The translations under genes were made by a program, and so were the position numbers. Shown here in pieces: positions 37,974-47,656 of a stretch of DNA of 48,762 nt. How positions within the stretch are numbered: position 1 is the stretch's first letter; the number at the start of each line of letters is the position of its first letter. Source of the DNA: Actinomycetes bacterium (GTDB taxonomy: Bacteria; Actinomycetota; Actinomycetes; S36-B12). The notes under the pieces are model-generated. The model did not search any database, was not told the DNA's origin, and saw nothing but the letters and a program-made list of their open reading frames with translations. The stretch lies in the NCBI GenBank assembly GCA_965657825.1, contig CBFHQG010000005.1:1-48762 (forward strand), written 5' to 3'.

Positions 37974-38711
37974 GTGACACCCTCCATCCTGCGCGTAGCC
38001 GACCGATTCTCCGGCCCGATCGGGTACGCGAATGGCGGCTGGATCGCCGGGATGGTGGCACAGGCAAGCGGCATGGATCCTGTCGAGGTAACCCTGCGTC
38101 GACCCATCCCACTCGAGGTCGATCTGGCATTGGTCATGGATCCGCAGACATCCTCGGGACGACTCCTCGATCACGACACCCTCATCGTGGAGGTCAAAGT
38201 GGGGACGTTCCAGCGTGCTGCTCCCGAATTCGTCCCCCGAGCGGACGCGATCGCAGCAGAGGATGTCAGCCTGGTGCGATCGAGCCCGGACTACGGGCAC
38301 TGCCTGGTGTGCGGGGCTGATCGAACCGACGGCTACCGGCTGCGACCGGGTGCCGTCACGCACCGCCCACACACCGTGGCCTGCCTCTGGCGTCCCGCTG
38401 CGATGCAGCCGCTCCTGTCTGTCGATGCGACGATCCCCGCCGCCTGGGCGGCCATGGACTGCCCCGGGGTGTGGACGATCGATGCGCCCAATGATCCGAT
38501 GCTGCTCGGGCGGATGACCGCGAGCGTGTTGCACGCACCCGACCTTTCACGAGGCGATGCCACCGAAGATCTCATCGTCGTGGGCAGACAGGATGCGCGC
38601 GACGGACGCAAGATGCACACCTCCACCGCGCTGTACTCCCTCGACGGCGAGTTGCTCGCCCACGCCGAGCAGACCTGGATCGCGGTATCCCGACATCCGG
38701 AAGCATCATGA
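37974..38711 (+). CDS. Hotdog-fold thioesterase-like protein
   Basis: RFSGP...NGGW, VTLRRPIPL, CLVCG, WAAMDCPG, LLGRM, GRK. Confidence 0.75.
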   Translation: MTPSILRVADRFSGPIGYANGGWIAGMVAQASGMDPVEVTLRRPIPLEVDLALVMDPQTSSGRLLDHDTLIVEVKVGTFQRAAPEFVPRADAIAAEDVSLVRSSPDYGHCLVCGADRTDGYRLRPGAVTHRPHTVACLWRPAAMQPLLSVDATIPAAWAAMDCPGVWTIDAPNDPMLLGRMTASVLHAPDLSRGDATEDLIVVGRQDARDGRKMHTSTALYSLDGELLAHAEQTWIAVSRHPEAS

Positions 38712-39625
38712 CCGATCGACTCGCACTCCCCATGTCATTCGAGGCTCGCTACGGGGCAGGTCTCGATCGGACCCTGGTGCTCGGTGGCGGCGGAGTGTGG
38801 TTCATCGCCTGGCAGACCGGCTACCTGCGCACACTGATGAAACTCGGCATGGACTTCAGCCTCGCAGAGCGGGTCGTAGGGACCTCGGCCGGATCGGTGA
38901 TGGCCAGTGTCATTACCGGGCGCAGACTCGCCGCGTTCTCCACCGCGATCTCCGGGCTGGCCAAAGCACCTGCTGTCGTATCCGCTCTGGCTCCGGCCAG
39001 TGCACTGTCGCCATCTCAGGATCACGCTCTGGAGATGTTCCGTGCCGCGCAGGACAACAGCCCTGAGACGATCAAGGCGATCGGCTTCGCGGCACTCGCC
39101 GCGGATACACCGAGTGCTAACACTCTCGCACGCAACATCACGGTGCTGCTGGCCATGCGCCGCTGGCCAGCTCCGACACTGAACACCACCTGCGTGGACG
39201 CGTACACAGGCGAGCGCTGCGTCATCGGTGCCGGTGATCGGATACCCCTTGCGCGTGCAGTGGCGGCGAGCAGTGCGGTGCCGGGCCTCTTCCCACCCCA
39301 ACCCATCGCCGACCGCAAATGCATGGACGGCGGCGTCAGCGGGTCGGGCACGCACACCGACATCATCGCCGGCGCACGTCGCGCCGTTGTGATCTCGCTC
39401 ACTGACGGGACGACGACGGACGGCACCTGGGGCACCGTCGAGCCCGGGGGTATCGCGCGGCAGTTCGCCGCTCTCGCCGACTCAGGAACCGATGTCGCCC
39501 TGTGCGTTCCGAGGGGCTCGATCCCTGACGATCTGATGAACCCCAGGGATGTTCCCGATGCACTCGCCCGCGGCACGGCACAGGCGATCGCCGACCACCC
39601 TGAACTCGCGCGGATGTGGGCCTGA
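38708..39625 (+). CDS. Patatin-like phospholipase
   Basis: LVLGGGG, GTSAG, ASSAVPG, DGG. Confidence 0.9.
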   Translation: MTDRLALPMSFEARYGAGLDRTLVLGGGGVWFIAWQTGYLRTLMKLGMDFSLAERVVGTSAGSVMASVITGRRLAAFSTAISGLAKAPAVVSALAPASALSPSQDHALEMFRAAQDNSPETIKAIGFAALAADTPSANTLARNITVLLAMRRWPAPTLNTTCVDAYTGERCVIGAGDRIPLARAVAASSAVPGLFPPQPIADRKCMDGGVSGSGTHTDIIAGARRAVVISLTDGTTTDGTWGTVEPGGIARQFAALADSGTDVALCVPRGSIPDDLMNPRDVPDALARGTAQAIADHPELARMWA

Positions 39626-39641
39626 CGGCACGATAGGAGCC

Positions 39642-40883
39642 ATGCCCGCCACCGATACCGACGTCCTCGTCGTGGGTGCCGGGCCCGCAGGGTCGGCTGC
39701 TGCCGCCTGGAGTGCGCGAGCCGGGATGGACACCTGGCTCCTCGACGCCGAAACCTTTCCGCGGGACAAGCCCTGCGGCGACGGACTGACACCACGCGCC
39801 ATCGCCGAACTCGATCACCTCGGGCTCGCCGGATGGCTGGAGGGCCGGGCCCGTAACCGGGGGCTGCGTGCCGCTGGATTCGACCAACTGCTCTACCTGC
39901 CCTGGCCGGGTGGATCCCTTCCCGCATACGGCGGCGCGGCCCCCCGACTCGAACTCGACGCGGCGATCCGTCAGGTCGCCGTCGATTCCGGCGCACAGGC
40001 GGTCGAGGGTGCGCGTGTGGTCGACGTCCAGCGCGATGGTGATCGAGTGAGTGGCGTCGTGGTCAAGGATGCGGGTGGCACGCGAACCGTGACCTGTCAG
40101 CGTCTCGTCGTGGCCGACGGTGCACGCTCGCAGCTGGGTCGGATGCTGGGTAGGGAGTGGCATCGCGACACCGCGTACGGAGTCGCTGCACGCGCCTACG
40201 TGAAGTCCGGTCGCAGCGATGACGAATGGATCTCATCGCACCTGGAGTTGCGTGGCGCTGATGATCGGCTGCTCAGTGGCTACGGTTGGATCTTCCCGCT
40301 CGGAGACGGCGAGGTGAACCTCGGTGTCGGCACACTCGCGACGAACAAGAACCCTGCCGACATCAATCTGCGCGCGGTGCTGCACCACTACGCAGACGCG
40401 CAACGTGATGGCTGGCAACTCGGTGACGATGTGCGTGCGGTGTGGTCAGCCCTCCTACCGATGGGTGGTGCCGTCAGCGGAGTGTCCGGGACCAACTGGA
40501 TGCTCATCGGCGACGCGGCCGGATGCGTGAACCCACTCAACGGTGAAGGTATCGACTACGGCCTGGAGACCGGACACCTCGCCGCGCAGGTGCTTGCCTC
40601 CCATGGCCGCAGTTACGACCTCAACACCCTGTGGCCGGTCCTCCTCCGTGAGCGCTACGGGCTGGCCTTCTCCATCGCCAGGCGCCTCGCCGGGCTCATC
40701 ACCGTGCCCGGCCTACTGTCGACCCTCGGCCCGATCGGGATGCGCTCGCAGTTGCTGATGACAATCGCCTTACGCGTCATGGGCAACCTCGTGACACCCG
40801 AGGATGCCGACGCGATCGCGCGGGTCTGGCGGACCGCTGGACGCATGTCAGTTCGGCTGGATGATCGGCCTCCTTTCACGTGA
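39642..40883 (+). CDS. menJ: Geranylgeranyl reductase family protein, menaquinone reductase MenJ-like
   Basis: VVGAGPAG, FPRDKPCGDGLTPRA, SHLELR, GYGWIFP, LLPMGGAVSG, NPLNGEGIDYGLETG; closely resembles mycobacterial MenJ as recalled. Confidence 0.8.
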   Translation: MPATDTDVLVVGAGPAGSAAAAWSARAGMDTWLLDAETFPRDKPCGDGLTPRAIAELDHLGLAGWLEGRARNRGLRAAGFDQLLYLPWPGGSLPAYGGAAPRLELDAAIRQVAVDSGAQAVEGARVVDVQRDGDRVSGVVVKDAGGTRTVTCQRLVVADGARSQLGRMLGREWHRDTAYGVAARAYVKSGRSDDEWISSHLELRGADDRLLSGYGWIFPLGDGEVNLGVGTLATNKNPADINLRAVLHHYADAQRDGWQLGDDVRAVWSALLPMGGAVSGVSGTNWMLIGDAAGCVNPLNGEGIDYGLETGHLAAQVLASHGRSYDLNTLWPVLLRERYGLAFSIARRLAGLITVPGLLSTLGPIGMRSQLLMTIALRVMGNLVTPEDADAIARVWRTAGRMSVRLDDRPPFT

Positions 40884-41863
40884 CCCGAACGGTCGCCATC
40901 ACCGGGGCCGGTGGCTTCATCGGATCCGCTCTCGCCCGTCGCCATCTACAGGCCGGAGACCGGGTGCGCGGCCTGGATCTGCCCGGTGTCGAGATGGTCG
41001 ACGGCATCGAGCCCATCGCCGGCGATATCACCGACCCCGACGTGATCACCGAAACCGTGCGAGGTGCCGACCTGGTCGTGCACACCGCAGCACTGGTCGC
41101 TGAGTCCGGTGACTGGGCGACGTTCCATCGACTCAACGCACAGGCTCCGCGGGAGCTGGCGCTCGCCGCGAGAGATGCCGGAGCGCAGTCCTTCGTGCAC
41201 CTGTCCAGCGTGATGGTGCACGGGTTCGACTATCGCGATGGTGCAACCGAGGACGATCCACTCGACCCGGCTGATAATCCCTACTGCTGGTCGAAGATCA
41301 TCGGTGAGCATCACCTGCGTGGTGTATCCACGCCGGGTGGGTTCGCCGTTCACATCGTGCGCCCCGGAGATGTGTACGGCCCCGGCAGCGTGCCCTGGGT
41401 GCTGCGACCGGTGCGGCACATGCACGAACGCACCTTCATCTACGTGGATCCGCGTTCCTCGGTGATCAACCACGTCTACATCGACAATCTGCTGGATGCC
41501 ATCGACGTCATCGTCGAGCGACGCGAGGAGACCACCGACCGGCCGGTGATTGTGACCGACGGCCAACGCACCTTGATGCGCGACTTCTGGGGTTGGTACG
41601 CCGAGCGCTCACCCGTCACCCGGCATCCGTCGCTGCCGGGCTGGCTGGCCGAACCGATGATCGGCGGTCTCGCCGCGGTGATCCCTGCTCGATGGGCCCG
41701 CCGCCTCGACCTGGATCGCCAATCGATCCGATACCTGCGTCGCCACGGAGTATTCGACACCACCCGGTTGCGCTCCCTGGGGTGGGAACCTGCGGTCGGG
41801 TTGACGGAGGGCCGGGAGGCGACCGCGAGTTGGCTGCGCGAATTAGGCCTGATGCGGGCCTAG
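40880..41863 (+). CDS. NAD-dependent epimerase/dehydratase (extended SDR)
   Basis: ITGAGGFIG, HTAA, LSS, YCWSK, RPGDVYGPG. Confidence 0.9.
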   Translation: MTRTVAITGAGGFIGSALARRHLQAGDRVRGLDLPGVEMVDGIEPIAGDITDPDVITETVRGADLVVHTAALVAESGDWATFHRLNAQAPRELALAARDAGAQSFVHLSSVMVHGFDYRDGATEDDPLDPADNPYCWSKIIGEHHLRGVSTPGGFAVHIVRPGDVYGPGSVPWVLRPVRHMHERTFIYVDPRSSVINHVYIDNLLDAIDVIVERREETTDRPVIVTDGQRTLMRDFWGWYAERSPVTRHPSLPGWLAEPMIGGLAAVIPARWARRLDLDRQSIRYLRRHGVFDTTRLRSLGWEPAVGLTEGREATASWLRELGLMRA

Positions 41864-41872
41864 AGTGGGGTC

Positions 41873-42238
41873 ATGACCGAGCAACCGACCCAGGCCCTAC
41901 TCCCTGGACGCATGGGATTGCTCGTGCGGTTGCAGGCGCAGCCCGGCCAACGCGCTGCCCTGCTCGATGTGATCAACCGCTACACCGATGGTCTGAGTGC
42001 GGAGCCGGGGACCGAGGTGTTCATCGTCCACCTCGACCCCGATGACGTGGACATCGTCTGGCTCTATGAGATCTTCCGCGACGAGGACGCCCAGAACGCC
42101 CATCGTGCCACCGACGGATTCGCGACCCTCATGACCGAGATGCCCGAACTGCTCGCCAGCCCACCCGGAGTCTTGCGGATGGACCCACTTCGCGTATCGA
42201 TGCAACAGGCTGTCCTCGACGAGGACTGGGCCCTGTAG
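41873..42238 (+). CDS. ABM-domain (antibiotic biosynthesis monooxygenase-like) protein
   Basis: AQPGQR...EPGT...WLYEIFRDEDAQNAH. Confidence 0.85.
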   Translation: MTEQPTQALLPGRMGLLVRLQAQPGQRAALLDVINRYTDGLSAEPGTEVFIVHLDPDDVDIVWLYEIFRDEDAQNAHRATDGFATLMTEMPELLASPPGVLRMDPLRVSMQQAVLDEDWAL

Positions 42239-42316
42239 ACCACGCCGCATCCTCCGGGGTGCACATTTCCTGCCCGATGGGTGCAGGGATCGAGCCGCCC
42301 GCGACATAGACCGGGT

Positions 42317-43672
42317 ATGAACGACACCTTCGAACCAGAACCCGGACCTGAATCAGGACCCGAACTCGACCGTCTGCGTGCCGCCGATCCGGTGGGTGCG
42401 GATCCAGATCTGTCCGCACTGCGGGCGCGGGTCCTCGATGACGCCGCCACCTCGCCCCAACCTGCTCGCACCAAGCGGGGGCGCACGATCGCGGTCGGGA
42501 TCGCTGCCGCAGTGGCCCTGCTCGCCGCCGGGACCCTCGCCGGAGTCGCCCTCGGGCGAGCGACCAGCGACGACCCGATCCTGGCGCTGGCCGACGAGCC
42601 CGATGAGGTGCCGGCGATCAACTCCGCACCCGATCTGCCGATGGACTCCGACACACCGGTGTCTCCCGGGCTTCCCTCCATCGGTGGTTCCGCGGCCACA
42701 AGCGAGGATGCCAAGGCCGCGGGCATGATCTGGCCGGGCTACTCCGCCGATGTCATCGCCGATCCCGGTCTGGTCGATGAGAGTGGCACCGCCGATGGGT
42801 ACCGCCTCGATGTGTCCGGCATCGACCGGCTCGCCCTCGCCTCACAGTTGGCCGCTGTCTTCGGTGTCGAGGGATCACCTGCGACCAATGAGGGGATGGT
42901 CACCGTCGGGGACTCCTCGGGAATGGGACCGCAGATCTGGGTGTACGACGACGCGACCGCATCCTGGGCGTACTCCGACTACAGCCGTGATCCCTGGAAC
43001 TGTCCGGATGCGGCAGGGTCGTCCGAGCCCGGTGTCAGCGACCCGATGCCCGCTGAGCCGTGCACGCCGACGGGCAACGCGATCAGTGAGGGGGCCGCCC
43101 AGGATCAGGCACAGGCCATCCTGTCCACTCTCGGGGTCACCGACGGCGGCGGGTTCGGTATTGATTGGGAGACCTTCACCGACGGTGTCATCACCACGGC
43201 GACGGCCTGGCAGACCATCGACGGCCAGCGCACGCAGTTGAGCTGGTCGGTGTCCTTCGACGATGAAGGGCCACTGTGGGCCAATGGGTTCGCCGGTGGC
43301 CTGGAGGTCGTTCGCGACTATCCGATCGTCGGTGCACGCACCGCGGTGCAGCGCTCAGCGCTACCGAAGTGGGCAGCCTTCGGGCCTACTCCTATCGATG
43401 GGGAGGTTCGAGTGATGGACGCCACTGTCAGTTCCGATGAGGTGTCAGTCGAACCTGCACCCCGCGCAACCGATGCACCCGCCGGCTCGATCGAGATCGT
43501 CTGGGACCCGGTCGTGGCAACGGGCGCGTCTTCGACGCTGGCCCAGTATTGGACCCCTCAGGGTGAGTTCCTCCTGCTGCCGGCCTACCGGCTCTCCACC
43601 GCCGATGACCGAGGTGACTGGGTCGTGATCGCGGTGGCGGATTCCGCCGTGACCTTCACCACCGGCCGTTGA
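42317..43672 (+). CDS. Single-pass membrane protein with a large acidic extracytoplasmic domain
   Basis: LDRLRAADP N-terminus, one TM segment after RTKRGR. Confidence 0.7.
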   Translation: MNDTFEPEPGPESGPELDRLRAADPVGADPDLSALRARVLDDAATSPQPARTKRGRTIAVGIAAAVALLAAGTLAGVALGRATSDDPILALADEPDEVPAINSAPDLPMDSDTPVSPGLPSIGGSAATSEDAKAAGMIWPGYSADVIADPGLVDESGTADGYRLDVSGIDRLALASQLAAVFGVEGSPATNEGMVTVGDSSGMGPQIWVYDDATASWAYSDYSRDPWNCPDAAGSSEPGVSDPMPAEPCTPTGNAISEGAAQDQAQAILSTLGVTDGGGFGIDWETFTDGVITTATAWQTIDGQRTQLSWSVSFDDEGPLWANGFAGGLEVVRDYPIVGARTAVQRSALPKWAAFGPTPIDGEVRVMDATVSSDEVSVEPAPRATDAPAGSIEIVWDPVVATGASSTLAQYWTPQGEFLLLPAYRLSTADDRGDWVVIAVADSAVTFTTGR

Positions 43673-43819
43673 CCGCGGGCAGAGGTTCACCATTCGGCAG
43701 ACGTACGGATCGATACCTTCCTTCCGCCACCGCGTGGGAGGGCCCGATCAGTCCGGTAGCGTGGGCCCTCGATTCCCTGCGGGTCCCCAGCACAAGCACC
43801 AACGCCGACAGGGTGTCCA

Positions 43820-43909
43820 GGAGGGATGGCCGAGCGGCCGAAGGCGACGGTCTTGAAAACCGTTGAGGCGGTATCCCCGTCTCCGTGGGTTCAAATCCCA
43901 CTCCCTCCG
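43820..43909 (+). tRNA. tRNA-Ser (TGA)
   Basis: GGAGGGA/TCCCTCC acceptor stem, ACGGT-CTTGAAA-ACCGT anticodon arm, long variable arm, GTTCAAATC; CCA not encoded. Confidence 0.95.
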
Positions 43910-43918
43910 CCCTAGCCC

Positions 43919-43965
43919 TTCTTCGGGTGGTTCGAGCCCGAATCGGGCCTCAACCGCCCGAAGAA
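43919..43965 (+). terminator. Long hairpin after tRNA-Ser(TGA)
   Basis: TTCTTCGGGTGGTT...AACCGCCCGAAGAA arms with inner GCCCGA/TCGGGC. Confidence 0.55.
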
Positions 43966-43993
43966 CCACCCGGAGTTCAGCACGGAGGTCACG

Positions 43994-44464
43994 ATGTCGG
44001 CGAGCACGATCGCGTGGCTCATCGTCATCGACTTCAGCATCATCGCGGGACTGTCGATCATCATCGGGGCCGTGGCTCCCCGCTGGCCGGATCGTTGGCT
44101 GGACACCGATCACGGGCCGATGCGCATTCCCATCCCTCGCCGAGAGACGACCTTCCGCGCTCTTGGTGTCACCTGGATGGCCCGCCATCTGCCGGAATTG
44201 GGGTCGGTATTCGGCGGCCAGAGTAAGTCGAGCCTGCCCGGTCGAGATGCTGAGAGCCTGCGGCGCTACCTGATCGAAGTGCGTCGCGGTGAATGGGTGC
44301 ACCTGCTGTCGATGACGACATTCATCCCACTGGTCTTCTTCAACCCGTGGTGGCTATTCGTTCTCTTCGCCGTCATTGCGATCGGTGGGAATCTGCCCTT
44401 CGTACTCATCCTGCGCTACAACAGATTGCGATTGACACGCCTGCTCGACCGAATGAATGGCTAG
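43994..44464 (+). CDS. CrtO-family (carotenoid glycoside acyltransferase-like) membrane protein
   Basis: LGVTW...LPE, YLIEVRRGEWVH, NLPFVLILRYNRLRL; RBS GGAGG. Confidence 0.7.
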   Translation: MSASTIAWLIVIDFSIIAGLSIIIGAVAPRWPDRWLDTDHGPMRIPIPRRETTFRALGVTWMARHLPELGSVFGGQSKSSLPGRDAESLRRYLIEVRRGEWVHLLSMTTFIPLVFFNPWWLFVLFAVIAIGGNLPFVLILRYNRLRLTRLLDRMNG

Positions 44465-44475
44465 GGTTACCCACC

Positions 44476-45330
44476 GTGATCGATGGTTTCGGTGTGACCT
44501 CCATGACCGCGCCACTGCGTCGCGTAGCCGTGCGACCACCGGCGGCCGGCTCGGCCTTCGCTGCTGCGCACTGGGCTCAACCCCTCGACGAGGATTTGCT
44601 CCTCGATCAGCATGCTGCCTTCACCGGATTGCTCGAGCGGCTCGGTTGCGAAGTCGCGATACTCCCCGCCCGGATCGATCTCGCCGACTCCTGCTTCGTC
44701 TACGACCCCGCCTTCGTCGTTGGTGACGGTGTCATCGGGCTGCGCTCGGGCAAGACGGTCCGCATTGCTGAGGGCCCGGCGCTGACCGAGGAACTGGTCT
44801 CACTCGGTGTGCCGGTTGTCGGTTCACTGACCGGTGCTGCCACCGCTGATGGCGGAGACATGTTCTGGCTCGACGATCGAACCTTGGCCATCGGCCGCTC
44901 CTACCGGACGAACGCCGCGGCCGTCGATCAGATCCGTGACCTGCTGGCACTCTCGGGGACCCAGGTCGCCACCTTCGACCTCCCGCATGATCAGGGTCCC
45001 GAGTGGTGTCTGCACCTGATGAGCGTGGTGTCCCCTGTCCGTGATGACCTCGCCGTGGTGTACGAGCGGCTGGCTCCTGTGGCGCTTCTGCAGGCCTTGC
45101 ATGATCGCGGTGTCGCAACGATCAGTGTTCCCGAGAGCGACTGGGCGAGCCTGGGGTGCAATGTGCTCACCGTCGAGCCTGGGGTCGTCGTGATCGCCTC
45201 GGGCAACGATGGGACGGCCGAACTTCTCGCTGACGCGGGGTGCGAGGTGCACGTGTATGCCGCGAGCGAGTTGACGAAGGGCGAGGGTGGACCGACGTGT
45301 TTGACCCGGCCACTGTGGCGGAGCCACTAG
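44476..45330 (+). CDS. Dimethylarginine dimethylaminohydrolase / amidinotransferase family protein
   Basis: DSCFVYDP, DGGD, YRTN, LHLMS, KGEGGPTCLTRPL. Confidence 0.88.
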   Translation: MIDGFGVTSMTAPLRRVAVRPPAAGSAFAAAHWAQPLDEDLLLDQHAAFTGLLERLGCEVAILPARIDLADSCFVYDPAFVVGDGVIGLRSGKTVRIAEGPALTEELVSLGVPVVGSLTGAATADGGDMFWLDDRTLAIGRSYRTNAAAVDQIRDLLALSGTQVATFDLPHDQGPEWCLHLMSVVSPVRDDLAVVYERLAPVALLQALHDRGVATISVPESDWASLGCNVLTVEPGVVVIASGNDGTAELLADAGCEVHVYAASELTKGEGGPTCLTRPLWRSH

Positions 45331-45384
45331 ACGGGAACTGTGGCGGAGCACATAGAGGGAACTGTGGCGGAGCCACTAGACGGA
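45312..45384. repeat. Three tandem 24-25 bp units ACTGTGGCGGAGC(C)ACTAGACGG(G)A
   Basis: Units at 45312-45336, 45337-45360 (degenerate) and 45361-45384. Confidence 0.9.
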
Positions 45385-46179
45385 GGTGTCTCCGCCGAGT
45401 TGCCAGATGCGTGCCCCACCGACGAGTGCCGCGGTGTTGGGGACGATCACGGTGTCGTCGCCGAGTTTGACGATCTGCGAGGCGGTGATGTGTCGGGAGT
45501 TGCCACCGCCGATGTAGAGGCGATCCCAGACGAAGATGGGTCGCAGCCCGTCGACGACGCGCACCACGCGACGTGACCAGAACGAATCACCGAGGCGGCG
45601 TCGCTCATGCTCGCCGATGTAGGTGTCGTAGCTCAGGCCCCACCGCACGGGTGCCTGGGATAGTTCGAGGTGCGGGGCGAGCCGGCCGCCGTCGAACAGC
45701 GCGCAGCCCAGCCCGGTGCCGAGGGTGAGCACGAGTTCGAGTCCTTGCCCGGCGACGACCCCGGCGGCGTGGAACTCCGCGTCGTTGAGTACCAGGGTCG
45801 GTATCCCGAGGGCGTCGGCGAGTGCGGTGCGGGCATCGAATCCGTGCCATTGGGCGAGGAGTTCGGGTTTGACCCGGGTACGAGGACCGCGTGCGGTGAC
45901 GTAGTGGGGGGTGGTGATGACAACCCCGTGGCGGATCATCCCCGGCAAACCGACGCTGGCCCGATCGGCTCGGGGGAGGGTGCCGGCCATCTCGGCGATC
46001 GTGTCGACGAATCGGGAGGTCGGTAGGGGGTAGGGCGTGGGGACCCGGATGGGCTGGGCGCGCATGGTGCCGGCTTCGTCGAAGACGCTGGCCTTGAAGC
46101 CTCCGCCGCCGCAATCGACGACCAGGGTGGACACGCTGTGCTCGGAGGAGTCGGTCGAGGAGCCATGGTCGGGGGTCAC
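45376..46179 (-). CDS. ROK-family / polyphosphate glucokinase-like kinase
   Basis: LVVDCGGGGFKA, VGLPG, LNDAE, LTLGTGLG, LYIGGGN. Confidence 0.85.
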   Translation of the reverse strand: MTPDHGSSTDSSEHSVSTLVVDCGGGGFKASVFDEAGTMRAQPIRVPTPYPLPTSRFVDTIAEMAGTLPRADRASVGLPGMIRHGVVITTPHYVTARGPRTRVKPELLAQWHGFDARTALADALGIPTLVLNDAEFHAAGVVAGQGLELVLTLGTGLGCALFDGGRLAPHLELSQAPVRWGLSYDTYIGEHERRRLGDSFWSRRVVRVVDGLRPIFVWDRLYIGGGNSRHITASQIVKLGDDTVIVPNTAALVGGARIWQLGGDTSV

Positions 46180-46242
46180 GGCACATCAGTGTGCCGGGTC
46201 CTGGCCTCCTCCGGTAGCCTGTCCGGGCTGGTTCGCCGGCAC

Positions 46243-46336
46243 GGAGGCGTCGCCTAGTCCGGTCTATGGCGCCCGCCTGCTAAGCGGGTTTGGGGCTAAA
46301 ACCCCATCGAGGGTTCAAATCCCTCCGCCTCCGCCA
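46243..46336 (+). tRNA. tRNA-Ser (GCT)
   Basis: GGAGGCG/CGCCTCC acceptor stem, CCCGC-CTGCTAA-GCGGG anticodon arm, long variable arm, CCA encoded. Confidence 0.95.
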
Positions 46337-46481
46337 TTTCAGGGAATAGGGCCCCGCAGGGGTCGTATTCCCTGAAATATCGAATGCGTGGGATTTTCCG
46401 AGGAGTGACCGCAGGTCACGACGGCTCCCTCCGCCTCCGCCATCGACGAAATGTGCCCCCGCAGGGGTGCAGTTCGTCGAT
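46320..46481 (+). repeat. 18-bp direct repeat of the tRNA-Ser 3' end, each copy followed by a CCCC-GCA-GGGG hairpin
   Basis: TCCCTCCGCCTCCGCCAT at 46320-46337 and 46426-46443; hairpins 46336-46378 and 46442-46481. Confidence 0.9.
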
Positions 46482-46559
46482 TCTTACGAGAGAACGACGC
46501 TAAACGGGACTAGCCGCAGTTCGTGAGCACCGATGGTCGTCGCTCTCTGGGCAGAATTC

Positions 46560-47009
46560 TCAGCCGACGAAAAGTGCGCCGCGCTTGCGCTTAGCCGTAA
46601 CCTTGCGCAGCGGGCCAGATGCCGGGCCGGAGACCTTCGCGCCCTTCGCGGTGAACGTCGACCCGTGCAGGGGGCAGCGCCATCCGCTGGGGGTCTCCAC
46701 CACGGTGAAGCCCTGGTGGGTGCAGCGCAGGTCCACCGCCTTGTATTTCTTACGGCTGATCCGGACGATCGCCGTGGGTACCCCGCGGACATTCCCGATG
46801 GTGGCCACGCCCCCGACAGCGGCCAATGCCGGAACCTTGCCCAACCGCACCCGAACTCGGCCATCGCCAAGTTGGGTGACGGAGCTAGCCGGCGCAGGAG
46901 CGGCCTGAGCCGTCGATGCTCCGGCGGCCACGACTGCCAGCCCGCACAAACCGGCCGCTGCCTTCAAGGCATCGCGACGAGTCAGGCCGGGACCGCCTGG
47001 CATATCCAT
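46560..47009 (-). CDS. Tat-exported Rieske 2Fe-2S protein
   Basis: TRRDALK signal, CTHQG and CPLHGS, GPA. Confidence 0.9.
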   Translation of the reverse strand: MDMPGGPGLTRRDALKAAAGLCGLAVVAAGASTAQAAPAPASSVTQLGDGRVRVRLGKVPALAAVGGVATIGNVRGVPTAIVRISRKKYKAVDLRCTHQGFTVVETPSGWRCPLHGSTFTAKGAKVSGPASGPLRKVTAKRKRGALFVG

Positions 47010-47081
47010 GCCTGAGAGTGTGGCCCACCAGGGGCCGATGCGCATCCGGGCAGGGGGTATCGTTACCCACCGCAGTTCCCA

Positions 47082-47589
<508 letters not shown>

Positions 47590-47594
47590 GCCCC

Positions 47595-47616
47595 ATCGTC
47601 TCGCCTCCCTCTGACA
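47595..47616 (-). promoter_or_regulatory. RecA-NDp-like promoter
   Basis: TGTCAG-N10-GACGAT, 5 nt before ATG 47589. Confidence 0.5.
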
Positions 47617-47647
47617 CGGTCTCCTCATTTCTTTCCGCAGAAAGTAT

Positions 47648-47656
47648 TTATCCACA
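47648..47656 (-). promoter_or_regulatory. Perfect DnaA-box sequence TTATCCACA
   Basis: Exact consensus match about 60 nt upstream of the HNH gene. Confidence 0.5.

Noticed and set aside
43738-43782. SRP RNA or a degenerate tRNA
   Set aside because: Lacks the SRP helix-8 consensus and any T-arm or anticodon arm
45312-45384. Mini CRISPR array
   Set aside because: Units are head-to-tail with no unique spacers and derive from the adjacent gene ends
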